Below, piece after piece: positions 1-11,143 of a stretch of 63,784 nucleotides of DNA. The stretch's first letter is position 1. The number at the start of each line of letters is the position of its first letter. A program made the translations under genes and the position numbers. The notes beneath the pieces were generated by a model, which saw only the letters and a list, made by a program, of their open reading frames with translations, was not told where the DNA came from and ran no database searches. Source of the DNA: Paraspadella gotoi (Eukaryota; Animalia; Chaetognatha); NCBI GenBank assembly GCA_051294375.1, contig CM119268.1, forward strand, positions 8,165,684-8,229,467, in the 5' to 3' direction.

Positions 1-1722
1 GAGGAAAATGAAAGAAAAGGCGAAACAGATAGGAATATTAAAGATTAAAAAAGAAAGACTAATAAAAGGGNNNNNNNNNNCAACACGCGGTTGACGAAGC
101 GGTCTTTATTTACTTGTCTTTGTCTTTATCTTTCTTTCTTCTTCTTTTTGTCTCCTTTATTCTCTTTTTTCTCCGTCTTCCTTACGTCTCTTGGGGCCGA
201 TTTGAGAATTTATGTCCGACGAGAAAATCTAAATTTTTGCTGAAGCAGTTGCATATTTGCATCCTTCGAACACATAAAACTTATGAAAAATAGTTTGTTT
301 CACGCATGTACAATTGTACATACGCAATATTTTCTGCAATTTATTTTCTGGTATTATTCTATATATATCATTTGTTCAACGGAGCGAAAAGACTTTTATG
401 TTATTACACAATCATAAACGAACATTAACAATATCAATTGACGCCATCCTCAATCCTTAAATATGTCCAAGTTTAAAAGGTTAAGTTTTGTACACTTAAC
501 AAACTAGATGGAATAGGTCCAAATTTCGAAACGCTTAATCATCCCATCGCAGCCGATCCGTTTAGAAAATCCTCTTCCATTTTTTAATTAAAACTTTCGT
601 GTCTCTTCCGTCCGAATGCATCAGTTGTGCGGTCCTATTGCTCATTAGATGGGATAGCAACCACCATATTGGCTGATTGGGTGTAATATCTTTGGTAGTT
701 ATGTTTAGTGGTTGACTTATTAATGATTGATAGGCGGTTTGGAAATATGCGATGTCTCTGCCTGTTTTATCAGAGTTATCACGGTATGCCAGTATGCCCT
801 GGTGTTTGTCAATAAACAGAAGTAACAAAATTGATTAATTGATAATTTAACAAAATTGGCAACAATGAGTTTGACTTTAGTAATCTGTCTGAGGTTTCTC
901 AACTCAGTTTCGGTAAATATTATTAAAAATAAAAAAAATTAAATTAAATCACGTGTTTCCCAAATTTAAAAAAAAAAATAGAATTTCGAAATACTTTTCG
1001 CCAGATCCTGAATGATCAATTTACCGTTTTCCGATTCCCACTCAACTCCTTGAAAAGCAACCGTCATCAGATTCAAAACTTCTCCACCGGACACGCCCCT
1101 CTCGCCTAACGTCACGTTCACGAAAGATACAAAATGGCGACGGAGAACCGGAGAAATTTGCCCGTCCGCGTCACGTTATGCGCGAGACCCGCGCAACCGC
1201 GCTCCTTTTCGAGATAGCCCCAGACATGCGCATTGCGGACAGCGTGCAGCTCGCCCGCGAGAAAGAGAGCCGTCGAATGGGAAATGCAGAGGGCAGCCGG
1301 GGGGGGGAGTGTAAAAGAACGGCATATCGGCCGCTTCTACATACGACAGAAAGGAAGCGATGCGTTTTGTGCGGCGTGGCAAAATACAATGCAGCAGCAT
1401 ACGGCAAGCGGCTGCATAACGGACGAGACGCGGCGGAGGTAAGGGAAGCGGACCGACGACGCGCGGGTTTTATAAGGGGAGAGGCGGGGGAGGAGGCGAC
1501 GGAGGTCGGGGCTACCGTTTGCTTGCTGAACAAGGAGAAATGCGCCCCTGGGACGGGATGAGTCGGAAGGAGGCAGGGAAAGAAAAAGGAGTGAAGAGGA
1601 AAATGAAAGAAAAGGCCGAAACAGATCAGCGAATATTAAAGATTAGAAAAAAAGACTAATATAAGCAGGAAGTGGAAATATGGAGAAGAGAGAGAAAAAG
1701 AGAGAGAGAGACGAGCAGAGAG

Positions 1723-1757
<35 letters not shown>

Positions 1758-4700
1758 CGAGAAGAGAGAGAGANNNNNNNNNNNNNNNNNNNNNNNNNNN
1801 NNNNNNNNNNNNNNNNNNNNNNNNNNNNNNNNNNNNNNNNNNNNNNNNNNNNNATTTTAAGTTCTCTCCAGGTTTTTTGATTAGCTCCCCGCCTCTAATT
1901 TTTAGAGCCTGTTTTAAAGTGGTCATCTCGTTCCTCCTCTAATATCAATAATCCCTTACCACCCCCCACAAAATCCCCACCCACTAACTCTCCACCCCCT
2001 TCCCTTCCGCTTCCCCCCATTCGACTAGAGACGTACATTTGTTTGTCCGGCTCGAATTCGATTTTGACGGATGGGCTCCGTTTATCCGTTCGGCCGTTCC
2101 TTCGGGTTCGGCTGGATGCTTGACGACCGAGTACGCTTCCTGCTCCTTTCTCTTCTTCCTTTTCCTCCTCCTCCTCCTCCTCCGCCACCTCCACCCTTTT
2201 GTCTCTCTCTCTCTGTCCTTCGTTGCTTAGCAACCGAATTCGAACCTCATTCCTTTTCTTTTATCGCTGTTGTTCCCTTTTGTTTCTGGGATTTTTGATA
2301 TGGTGGNNNNNNNNNNNNNNNNNNNNNNNNNNNNNNNNNNNNNNNNNNNNNNNNNNNNNNNNNNNNNNNNNNNNNNNNNNNNNNNNNNNNNNNNNNNNNN
2401 NNNNNNNNNNNNNNNNNNNNNNNNNNNNNNNNNNNNNNNNNNNNNNNNNNNNNNNNNNNNNNNNNNNNNNNNNNNNNNNNNNNNNNNNNNNNNNAGAATT
2501 GAGTTTGTGTAGCACCAGAGATATATCTTGTTTATTTCAAATAACAGGGTTCGTTGGAACGAGAAATGGTGTATTTCGGGTTTTAATTATATCCGGGGAG
2601 TCAGAGAGAGAGAGATAGTGCTGGAATTGACATCCGGCTGGGCATATGTCCGGCGCCGGGACAGCGAGTGGCTGAGAGTTTCGGCGTCTGGAGAATCTCG
2701 GCCCGAAAGAGTGTTTGACGGATGTTCTGTAGTGGGAAGAAAGGAAAAACGTCGAATTAGCTGAGTGGGAAAGTTAGGAGAGANNNNNNNNNNNNNNNNN
2801 NNNNNNNNNNNNNNNNNNNNNNNNNNNNNNNNNNNNNNNNNNNNNNNNNNNNNNNNNNNNNNNNNNNNNNNNNNNNNNNNNNNNNNNNNNNNNNNNNNNN
2901 NNNNNNNNNNNNNNNNNNNNNNNNNNNNNNNNNNNNNNNNNNNNNNNNNNNNNNNNNNNNNNNNNNNNNNNNNNNNNNNNNNNNNNNNNNNNNNNNNNNC
3001 GATTAGTGATCGAAAATGGAAGGAGGAGAAAGAAGAACGGAAATGGAAATGAGAGGAGAGAAAGTTGGTGAATTTTATTCCGTTCTAAAAAACTAGACGA
3101 TAATGTAGTTACCATTTGAGTATACGCGGAAAATTAAACATAATTGATGAGGAGATTAGGAAGTCTACGTCGGTTCTTAGAAATGAGAGACTTCAATGAG
3201 ATTTTCATTAAAATGCTGACTACCAAATCAATGGTCAACCGGCCCCCTGGGAAAAATTCAGGTAAGAAAGTCAGATGTAATATCACTCGTTTTCGATTCC
3301 TTTTACATCTCAAAGGGCTCGCATTATTTTTCTCTTGACAATTACAACCTATTCATCTTTGGAATCAAAACCATCAGATTCAAATAGACTGGTCAGCTCG
3401 GGAAAATATTTTTTGACACAATTTAATATATAATAATAATAGGGATTTCTCAACTTCAATACAATGTTCAACCAAATTTTAAGGTAGTGTTGAGTCATTT
3501 GTACAATAAATTTTCAAATTTCAGGAATCCTATAGGAAGGTATGTCTGTAAGGGCGTCTTCAAAATTTTTCTATCACATTATTATTTGGTTTATTTTAAT
3601 ATGATACGATCATGGTTAAAAGTGAATTAGTCATTTGGTGAAATTTTTATTAAGTAAAAGTAAAAGAGGAGCATAACGATCGGAATTTCTAAGGTTTTTC
3701 AAACCGGGAGTCTAGATTCAGGGAAAAAATCTTAATATGTGCGAAAATCTTCCAAAGAAGGGGTGGATTTTATCCTGAGATTTTGTTAATATTTTCTTAT
3801 ATTTATGGTGGATTTTTTGAAACTTACAATAGCAATATTGCCGATCAATTCTACATTGGCCCGGTCAAATGGAATTATTATTTAAAAAACCTCTGGACTT
3901 TTTTTCGTTTCAGCAGCTTTAGTCCTAGTTTGGAGAGAGCGCAGGTCCAAAACGGAAAAGGTTTACTTTCGTTTAAAAAAAATCCTACTTAACGTCTTTC
4001 AAGCATGATAAGAGAATAAACAAAAACGCCAAATCTTCCCACCCCAAAATAATACTGCTTTAGAATCATTCTTTTTCATTTATTTAAGGTCTAATTATAG
4101 CTGTTTTTAATCATTTACTAAGTACACTAATTCACGTAAATTACTCTTTTTGGCGATCCACCGAATGTTTCATTTTTCGATTATTAGAATTTTTTTTAAA
4201 TACCAAATTCAGAAGAATTTACCGGACCAAACAATATAAACAATAGAAAAGAAGTTGAAGCAGAGAGAGAGAGGAGAGAGAGATGGAAGATGAGAGAGAG
4301 AGAGAGTACGAGATGAGAGAGAGAGATGGGAAGAGGAAGGAGAGAGAGAGAGTGAGAGACGTTGAATAAATCTCATGAGAAGAAAACGAAAGTAGGCGAC
4401 GAGCGCAAGCTGCTGCTGGAATATTGAGGCGATCCCTGTTTTCCCTTTTAGTATTTTGCGACCCGGTGAGTTAAGTGAGCCGTGTTCTGGCGCGAAGCTG
4501 GCCGAGGGTGGCGCTGGGCAACGGGCGATGTTCTTGGGGCGTGTCGTTAAAGATGTATGGGGCGGGGTTTGATCGAGGAAGAGTGGATTTTGTTTGTTAT
4601 TTTGGAAGGGGGGCCCAAGCTTAAAAACATACTTATGAAGTATGTTCGTGACTGCGATTGACTGTCATGTGTTTTTCACTGCGTTAGTTTTTTATGTTTG

Positions 4701-4759
4701 CCCTGCTATCATTCGTTAATCATTCTAGAATTTATTATAGAAAATTATAAAAAAAAACC

Positions 4760-4947
4760 TTTAGGAAAAACAGTTTTTATGAGTCAAACAACGAGTTTAA
4801 TGACAATATATAGTCGGACCTGTTTCGACTCTTATTTTTAGAGTCTTTCGTCAGCGTTTTTGACTCTAAATATAAGAGTCGAAACATGTCCGACTATATA
4901 TTGTCATTAAACTCGTTGTTGGTCTCATAAAAACTGTTTTTCCTAAA
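4760..4947. mobile_element. Fold-back element with ~86-bp arms containing a minimal hammerhead ribozyme motif; probable Penelope-like element (PLE) terminal relic
   Basis: 4760-4845 is a near-perfect inverted copy of 4862-4947 with a 16-nt spacer. The minus strand reads CTGACGA-aa-GACTCT-aaaaata-AGAGTC-GAAAC-ag-GTC. The plus-strand arm carries GAAACATGTC followed by ATTAAA. Confidence 0.6.
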
Positions 4948-7325
4948 ATTCCTAAAACGCAACGAAACGAAAGCAAAATCAATAACTAAAAACCCAAAAA
5001 CTTTGAAATTGGAAACGGTGTCGTTCGTGACGAACGACCCGTCGGACCCGAGGACCGGAAGTGTGAGTAGTTTTTTATCTTTTCTTTTGGGTCGTTAGAA
5101 ACTGCCTCCGACGTGAAACCCCATTTGTGGGCGTGGCTTTATATTTGATACGGGCGACCCCGACGTCGACACTCAGGGAAGCGAACGTAAGGAGGCGGGA
5201 AAACACTATTTAAAATATTGTAAAGATGAAGCTTCTGGAAAGAAAATATAAAATAAGGCTGAGTTCTTTAAGAAAAAGGGGGAAACGGTTTAAAGGGGAA
5301 GTTTTACGTTTCTTTTCATGAGTTACGATTCGCGTTTAAATCGTTTCGACTGTAGTAGTAGGGATCGATTGACAAAGTTCATCGAACTTTTTAAATACTT
5401 TTACGAATTATAAAACCTCTCTATACAATGTGAAAATATTTTCCTATTTAATTTTCAAAAATTGTTTACGATATTTGGGTAAGTCCGTTACCACGGAAGG
5501 TTAACAACCAAACACGTTTTTTACTTTTGTTTACTAGAGGTTTCATTAAAGAAACAAAATGACAATTCTTTCGATATCAACGCCACCATTTTTCAATTTT
5601 ATTCTTCAAATTCTTTCGAACTCGACGCATCACAAATCGCTCGTCACATCACAAATCACTCATCCCATCACAAATCGCTCATCACAATTCGCTAATAACA
5701 AATTCCAAAATTTCCCTTTTCTTCACGCGGCGCGAACCTCGAAAAGAAAAGACGTCAATATAAACAAACGGTCGTTAACCGAGAGAAGACGACGACAAAT
5801 AGAGACGAAGACGAGAATGGGAAAACAACAGCAGTTGCCACGACGAGGACGACGACGACGACGACGACGGAGACAACGACGACGACGACGCAGAGGGAGG
5901 AAAATCCGGTTGAGAGAAGAGAAATCATCCTCAATTCGAGGACTCATTCACTTTCGACCCCAAATGAATAATTGGGTTGTTGATCAATCAATTCGTTTCT
6001 CTTCGGTTTCAATTTGGTTATTTGCGAAAGTGGACGATAATTTGTTAAAATGGCTAAAATGGCTATAGCCTGTTCTCAGTCGGAAAGCTTGCTTATTAAT
6101 TGAATGGATAAATTTTATATACGTTGTTTTAATTTCATAATTTCATTGTCTCCATGCAGAGTTTCTACTGGTAAATTAAAAATTTTCGCATATTGTATGT
6201 AGCGCAATCTTTTGAACCCATAAAAAATCTCACTAGGTATATTAACCTCAGTGACCTCAGTGAAATAGAAAAAATAATCCCTTGTAAATGAGAGTAGAAT
6301 GGAAAAACCCTCTTCGTGATTTGGATTCAACTCGCTACGAAATCCCCTTTTCAAATTCTCACCATCTTTTTTTTTTTCCCCCTTCATCCATTTTAAAATC
6401 CCTTTTTTTATTAACCCCCGTAGAACCCGCATTGACAAAGGCTCGTCAATTCTCTGCTCGCGTTTCAATTGGGTTACTCATCTCCGAATCTTGAGAGTTT
6501 CCTTTCTCTTTCCTATCTTTCCTTTCTCTCAATTAATCTTTTCAGCGGCCAATGGTCTTAATTAACCAGTCTCTTTTTTCACAGGACGACAGAATCCACG
6601 CGAAAGCAAACTCGTTACCATGTGATGGTTTCAAATACAGTTGCCACAGCAACGCAAGCATTAATTAAAATCGAGAAAGTTTAGATAGCTTCATCGCTCT
6701 AAGACATCGACATCCAACGATCCCTCCCGACCCCTTACCAGGCCACCTTACCAATCCCCTAACCCAGTCTCCTCACCCGCGATTCATTTCACACCATCTC
6801 AAATGAATTTCGTTGTTGATTTATATTCACTCCTCCAATCGTCAAAACGAGAAAGCGGAATCCTTTGATTTTCCACGACGGATTTTCGTCGTCATTATCC
6901 CTGTCGTTTTCTTTGTCATTGTCTATTTTTTTGTCAGCCTCTTCCGCACTAATTCATCATCAGCAACATTATCGTCATTTCCTAGTTGCCCTTAATCGTT
7001 TCATCTAATTTTCCCTTGGAGTTTTTTCTCTGAAAGTCGAAAGTATGAGCACATTGAGCAGCTTAATACTGTCCTAAATTTTTTTTTATCAATAAACATT
7101 TTGCCTCGTCTTCGTCATCATCGTCGTCGTCGGCGTAACCGTCTGCATTTTAACAATTTCCTCTTTTATCGAAGTCGTTTTCGTCTCTTTGTTGAGAATT
7201 TAATTAGTGATTTAAAAACGAACTCTGAAATATTTTAAAATAGTTTTTTTATGGACAGCTCAAACAGTTTCAAGAAAACCTTTAAATCGTCTTCATGATT
7301 TGTTCGCAATCATCGTCCCTTAAAG

Positions 7326-7440
7326 GGTTGTGGAGCTGGCCATTTTTGCTCCAGCTCCAACTCAAACTGGCAAAAAAAAATTTCAGCTCCACCTCCATCC
7401 TATATTTTTTTTCAGCTCCAACCCCAGCTCCAGCTCCAAT
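7326..7440. repeat. GCTCCA-rich repeat fragment, possibly a MITE end
   Basis: GGGTTGTGGAGCTGG is followed by repeated CAGCTCCA/GCTCCAGCTCC motifs. No partner terminal inverted repeat (TIR) was found. Confidence 0.3.
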
Positions 7441-7504
7441 TACAATTTTGAGATGGAGAAGTAAAGGCAATTTTCCGAGAGGATCCTTACCCCACCAGAA
7501 TTTG

Positions 7505-7545
7505 ACAGACATGTTTCGGTCTTAATTTCAGATCAACATCAGTGT
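7505..7545 (-). ncRNA. Degenerate minimal type I hammerhead ribozyme (PLE-type)
   Basis: Minus strand: aca-CTGATGt-t-GATCT-gaaatta-AGACC-GAAAC-AT-GTC-tgt. Stem I is ACA/TGT and stem III is the palindrome ACATGT. There is one core substitution and one stem II mismatch. Confidence 0.55.
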
Positions 7546-8669
7546 GAAGGTCTGACCTTCATCAAAATTTCAATAAACTTTCGTTGTAATAAAAAAAACA
7601 AACACGTTTTTCATCTTATTTAAGTTTAAGAATTCGACAGTTAAGTTTATATTTGTCATCAAATTTAAATTTAAATTAATTATTTTTACCTATAATGATC
7701 CAATATAATTGTAAATATGTATTACTATGAAACAATTAAATAATTTAAAAAAAAGGCATAGTTTTGAAAGCAATAATATTTTACCAAGTCACGGCTTAAC
7801 ATTTTGAAAAAAAATTTAGTTCTGCAATATGCAAATGATAATTTGGATTTGATTTCAAAGCTTTTTCTATTTAATAATGATTTTATTGTTTGAAAAGTTA
7901 TCTAAAAAGTGCGGGTAGCGAAGGTAATAAACAAAATTGTTTTACTTATTATTTTAAAAGATATTATAAGTATCAAAAACCAAAAATATAATATTAAAAT
8001 AGAGCAGTGAAAGAGTCGGATAACCAAGGATCTGAGTTCTCTGCCCCAACGTTTCATGTTGGAAGCTTCTTGTTGTTTAATTACAGTTAAACGATGGAGA
8101 CAAAAGCGCGTTAAAGAGTGAGAAAATAATGTTTTTTAGAAGAGTTGGTTTTTTAAAAATTGAATAGAAAGTTATTGTGAAAGCTTCTCATCCTGTGACG
8201 TCGCAGTCTGGATATCGATAAATCATTTATGGTTCACGGGTAACGAAAAAAGTTGAGCGGCCACCGCCAAAGGCCATCCATTCTAAGAGAGGCCTCTGAA
8301 GAAAATGGCCGAAGTGAAGAGGGGCCATTTTCAAGGAGAGAGAGCAGCCAAGGAAAACATAAGGATATACAATTGATCATTGACCCACTGCTATATACTA
8401 TGTGAAATAGGCCACTGATAAGGATAAGCCACAAATACATACGGCCGCTGATACTGAATAGTGCCACGAATACCCTTAATACCATCATCGATACCGATAA
8501 AGGCCACCGATATCAAAAGGAAGGCGAAGGGCCACCGATACCAAAAGGGGCCTCCGCTTCCGCCAGAATTCCGATGGTTGGGCGGAAACGAGCTCAAGTC
8601 TCGATTCTAAATGTCAAGTTCTTAAGAACCGACGTCGCGGAGCAAAAGAGGAAGAAATTGGCGGAGGAA

Positions 8670-8733
<64 letters not shown>

Positions 8734-9351
8734 GAGAATGGAGTATTTATCATTTTGTCCCGGAGAAAAGAGGAAAAATCATCTTGGACGGTTTCCCTTT
8801 GGTCTTCTTTTCTCTCTGTCTCTTTCTGTCTCTTTCTGTCTCTCTCCTTCTCTTTCTGTCTCTCTGTCTCTCTCCGACTCTCTCTTTCATCTCCGTATTT
8901 CCACGAATATTGGACAACGGTTGGCGTTTATGATGGCTCTGCCAATGACTGAAATTCGCTCAAAAAATACAAAAAATTAATAAAAGAAAAATAAATTATT
9001 ATAAAACTTCTAAAAAAGGAACCGAATTGCTTTTAATTTACTTTTATTTTAAAGTTTTTTATATATTTAAAACAGTTATAGTTAGTTAATATGTATGTAT
9101 ATAAACGCAAAACGCCTGTATAAAAAAAAATATTTGTCCCGTGTTTACTCCTTGAATCTTTGTTGCAAAACTCTATAAATAGTTTTACGTTTCCAAAGTT
9201 GATTGGAGTTTCCTTTTATGCGTGAAAGTATTTTTGCTTGGTTTTACTTAGTCTTCAATTTTGTGATTGGTTTCCAGGCGACTTTGTGATTCGTCGTAAC
9301 CGCACTTTCGTAACAACACTTTCGCTTTTCTTGAAAATGAAAAGCCGAAAA

Positions 9352-9391
<40 letters not shown>

Positions 9392-10199
9392 CTCTCGTCT
9401 GTCTCATCTCCTCTCCTCCTCTCTCTCTCTCTGTCTCTCCAAACACCTACACACACACATCCTCTCCCATCTCCCTATCCACTTTATCTCTCTCTCTCTT
9501 CACTTTCTCCCTTCTTATTTACTTTTTTCATTTTCTCTAAGCCAAGCCCATAAATGGTCGCACCAATTTTATGGCAACATGCTATTAAAAGGACGCTTAA
9601 AAAAAGGAACGTGTAACTTAATAAATAAGATAAAATTGCATCATTTGTTTGTTTATTGTTTTTTTTATTCGTAATTACACGAAGGTCTACGAAGTCAAAA
9701 AGATGTTAAAAAAAATCGAAGGAAAAAAAAATATGAAAAGTTAAAAATGGCGTCGGCGAGGAAAGCGTCCCGGAAGGAAAGCGGAGGAAAAGAGCGGCAA
9801 AAGTTGAAGTCAATGAAGAGGAGGAGGAGGGAGAGAGATGAGGATATTCCGTTGCCCGGGCGATGTGAGGGTTCGAGGATGACAAGGAATGGATAAGGGA
9901 GGAAGATACAGGAAGAAAGAAGAGGAGAAAAGGAGGAGAAAGATTAAGAGATGGAGAAACAGCAAAGGAGAGAGATGAAGGGAGAGAGAGAGAAGAAGAG
10001 AGGAGAAGAGAGAGAGAGAGAGAGAAGGAGTCCAGTTTGCCAACAGGAAGAAGCAAGTTAAATTAAAATTGTCCCGTTTTATCTGCTGGCAAGTTTTGGT
10101 TTGTTGTGAAATAAAGTGAAGGAAACAAATAAACGGAGAAAGGAGAGTAGGAAAGAGGAAGATATAAAGAGGGAAGAAAAGAAAATAAAAAATAGATAA

Positions 10200-10207
10200 A
10201 TAGAGAG

Positions 10208-10266
<59 letters not shown>

Positions 10267-10425
10267 AAAAAGAGAAAAAGAAAGAAATAAAGAAAGAAAG
10301 AACAAAAGAAAGAAAGAAAGAAGAAAGAAAGATATAAAGAAAGAAAGAGAAAGTAAAAAGGATCAAAGAAAGAAAGAAAGAAAGAAAAAAGAGAGAAAGA
10401 AAGAAAAAAGAGAGAAAAAAAGAAA

Positions 10426-10457
<32 letters not shown>

Positions 10458-10515
10458 CAAAGAAAGAAAGAAATAAAGAAAGAAAGAAAGAAAGAAAGAA
10501 GGAAAGAAGGAAAGA
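10200..10515. repeat. (GAAA)n microsatellite / purine tract
   Basis: Tandem AAGA units directly visible. Confidence 0.95.
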
Positions 10516-11045
10516 AATATAGAAATGAAAACGGAGAATAAAGAAAAAATTAGCGAGAAATTTGAAAAAAAAGAAGAAATTATGACGTGAAAAAAGTTTT
10601 AAAAAATACATCAAAAAGACGAATTGACTAAAATAAAAGGTACGTAAAAATTTAAAAGCCTCCGGAAGTTGGACTAAAGACATTCAAAAAATGGCGGGGA
10701 AGAAAAAGAGAAAGAGGGACAAAAACAGAACGAAGATGCGGCCACTGACCTCGAAAGAAAGAGTCTTTTGTCCAAAGGTCAAGCAGCTCGTTGAAGCAAA
10801 AAGAAAAAAAAAATCGAATTACAGCTGGAAGGATTTTTCTTTCTAATCTTTCGACAGTTACAGATCTCGGACTGTTTTTGGTGGCAGGTATGGAATGTAG
10901 AGTTAGTTTAAAGGGTAATTTTTGAAAAAAACATTTTTCTATGGTTTTCAGTTGACAAAATTTTAATTCATTAATTTATTCCTGAATTTCCCATTTTTTA
11001 TTTATTTCAATGTTAAATTAGGATGCATCAGTATTTTAATTTCAT

Positions 11046-11143
11046 GTTTTGGTTTGTACGACGGCAAAGTTTATTCCAAAAATAAACAGACAAGTTTCGG
11101 CTATCATACATTGCCAAAACTTTGCCGTCGTACAAACCAAAAC
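11046..11143. mobile_element. Short inverted-repeat element with the 3' half of a hammerhead motif (PLE-like relic)
   Basis: 27-bp perfect inverted repeat GTTTTGGTTTGTACGACGGCAAAGTTT ... AAACTTTGCCGTCGTACAAACCAAAAC. The minus-strand interior reads GGC...GCC-GAAAC-TT-GTC followed by AATAAA. Confidence 0.5.

Noticed and set aside
1-1670. 1-70 repeated at ~1597-1670
   Set aside because: Both copies lie next to N gaps and differ by indels, so this is probably scaffold overlap.
8255-8550. Recurrent GGCCACCGATA motifs
   Set aside because: A highly decayed or noisy tandem repeat with no definable unit or structure.
10691-10890. Possible small exons with GT/AG sites
   Set aside because: Could not be joined into a consistent open frame.
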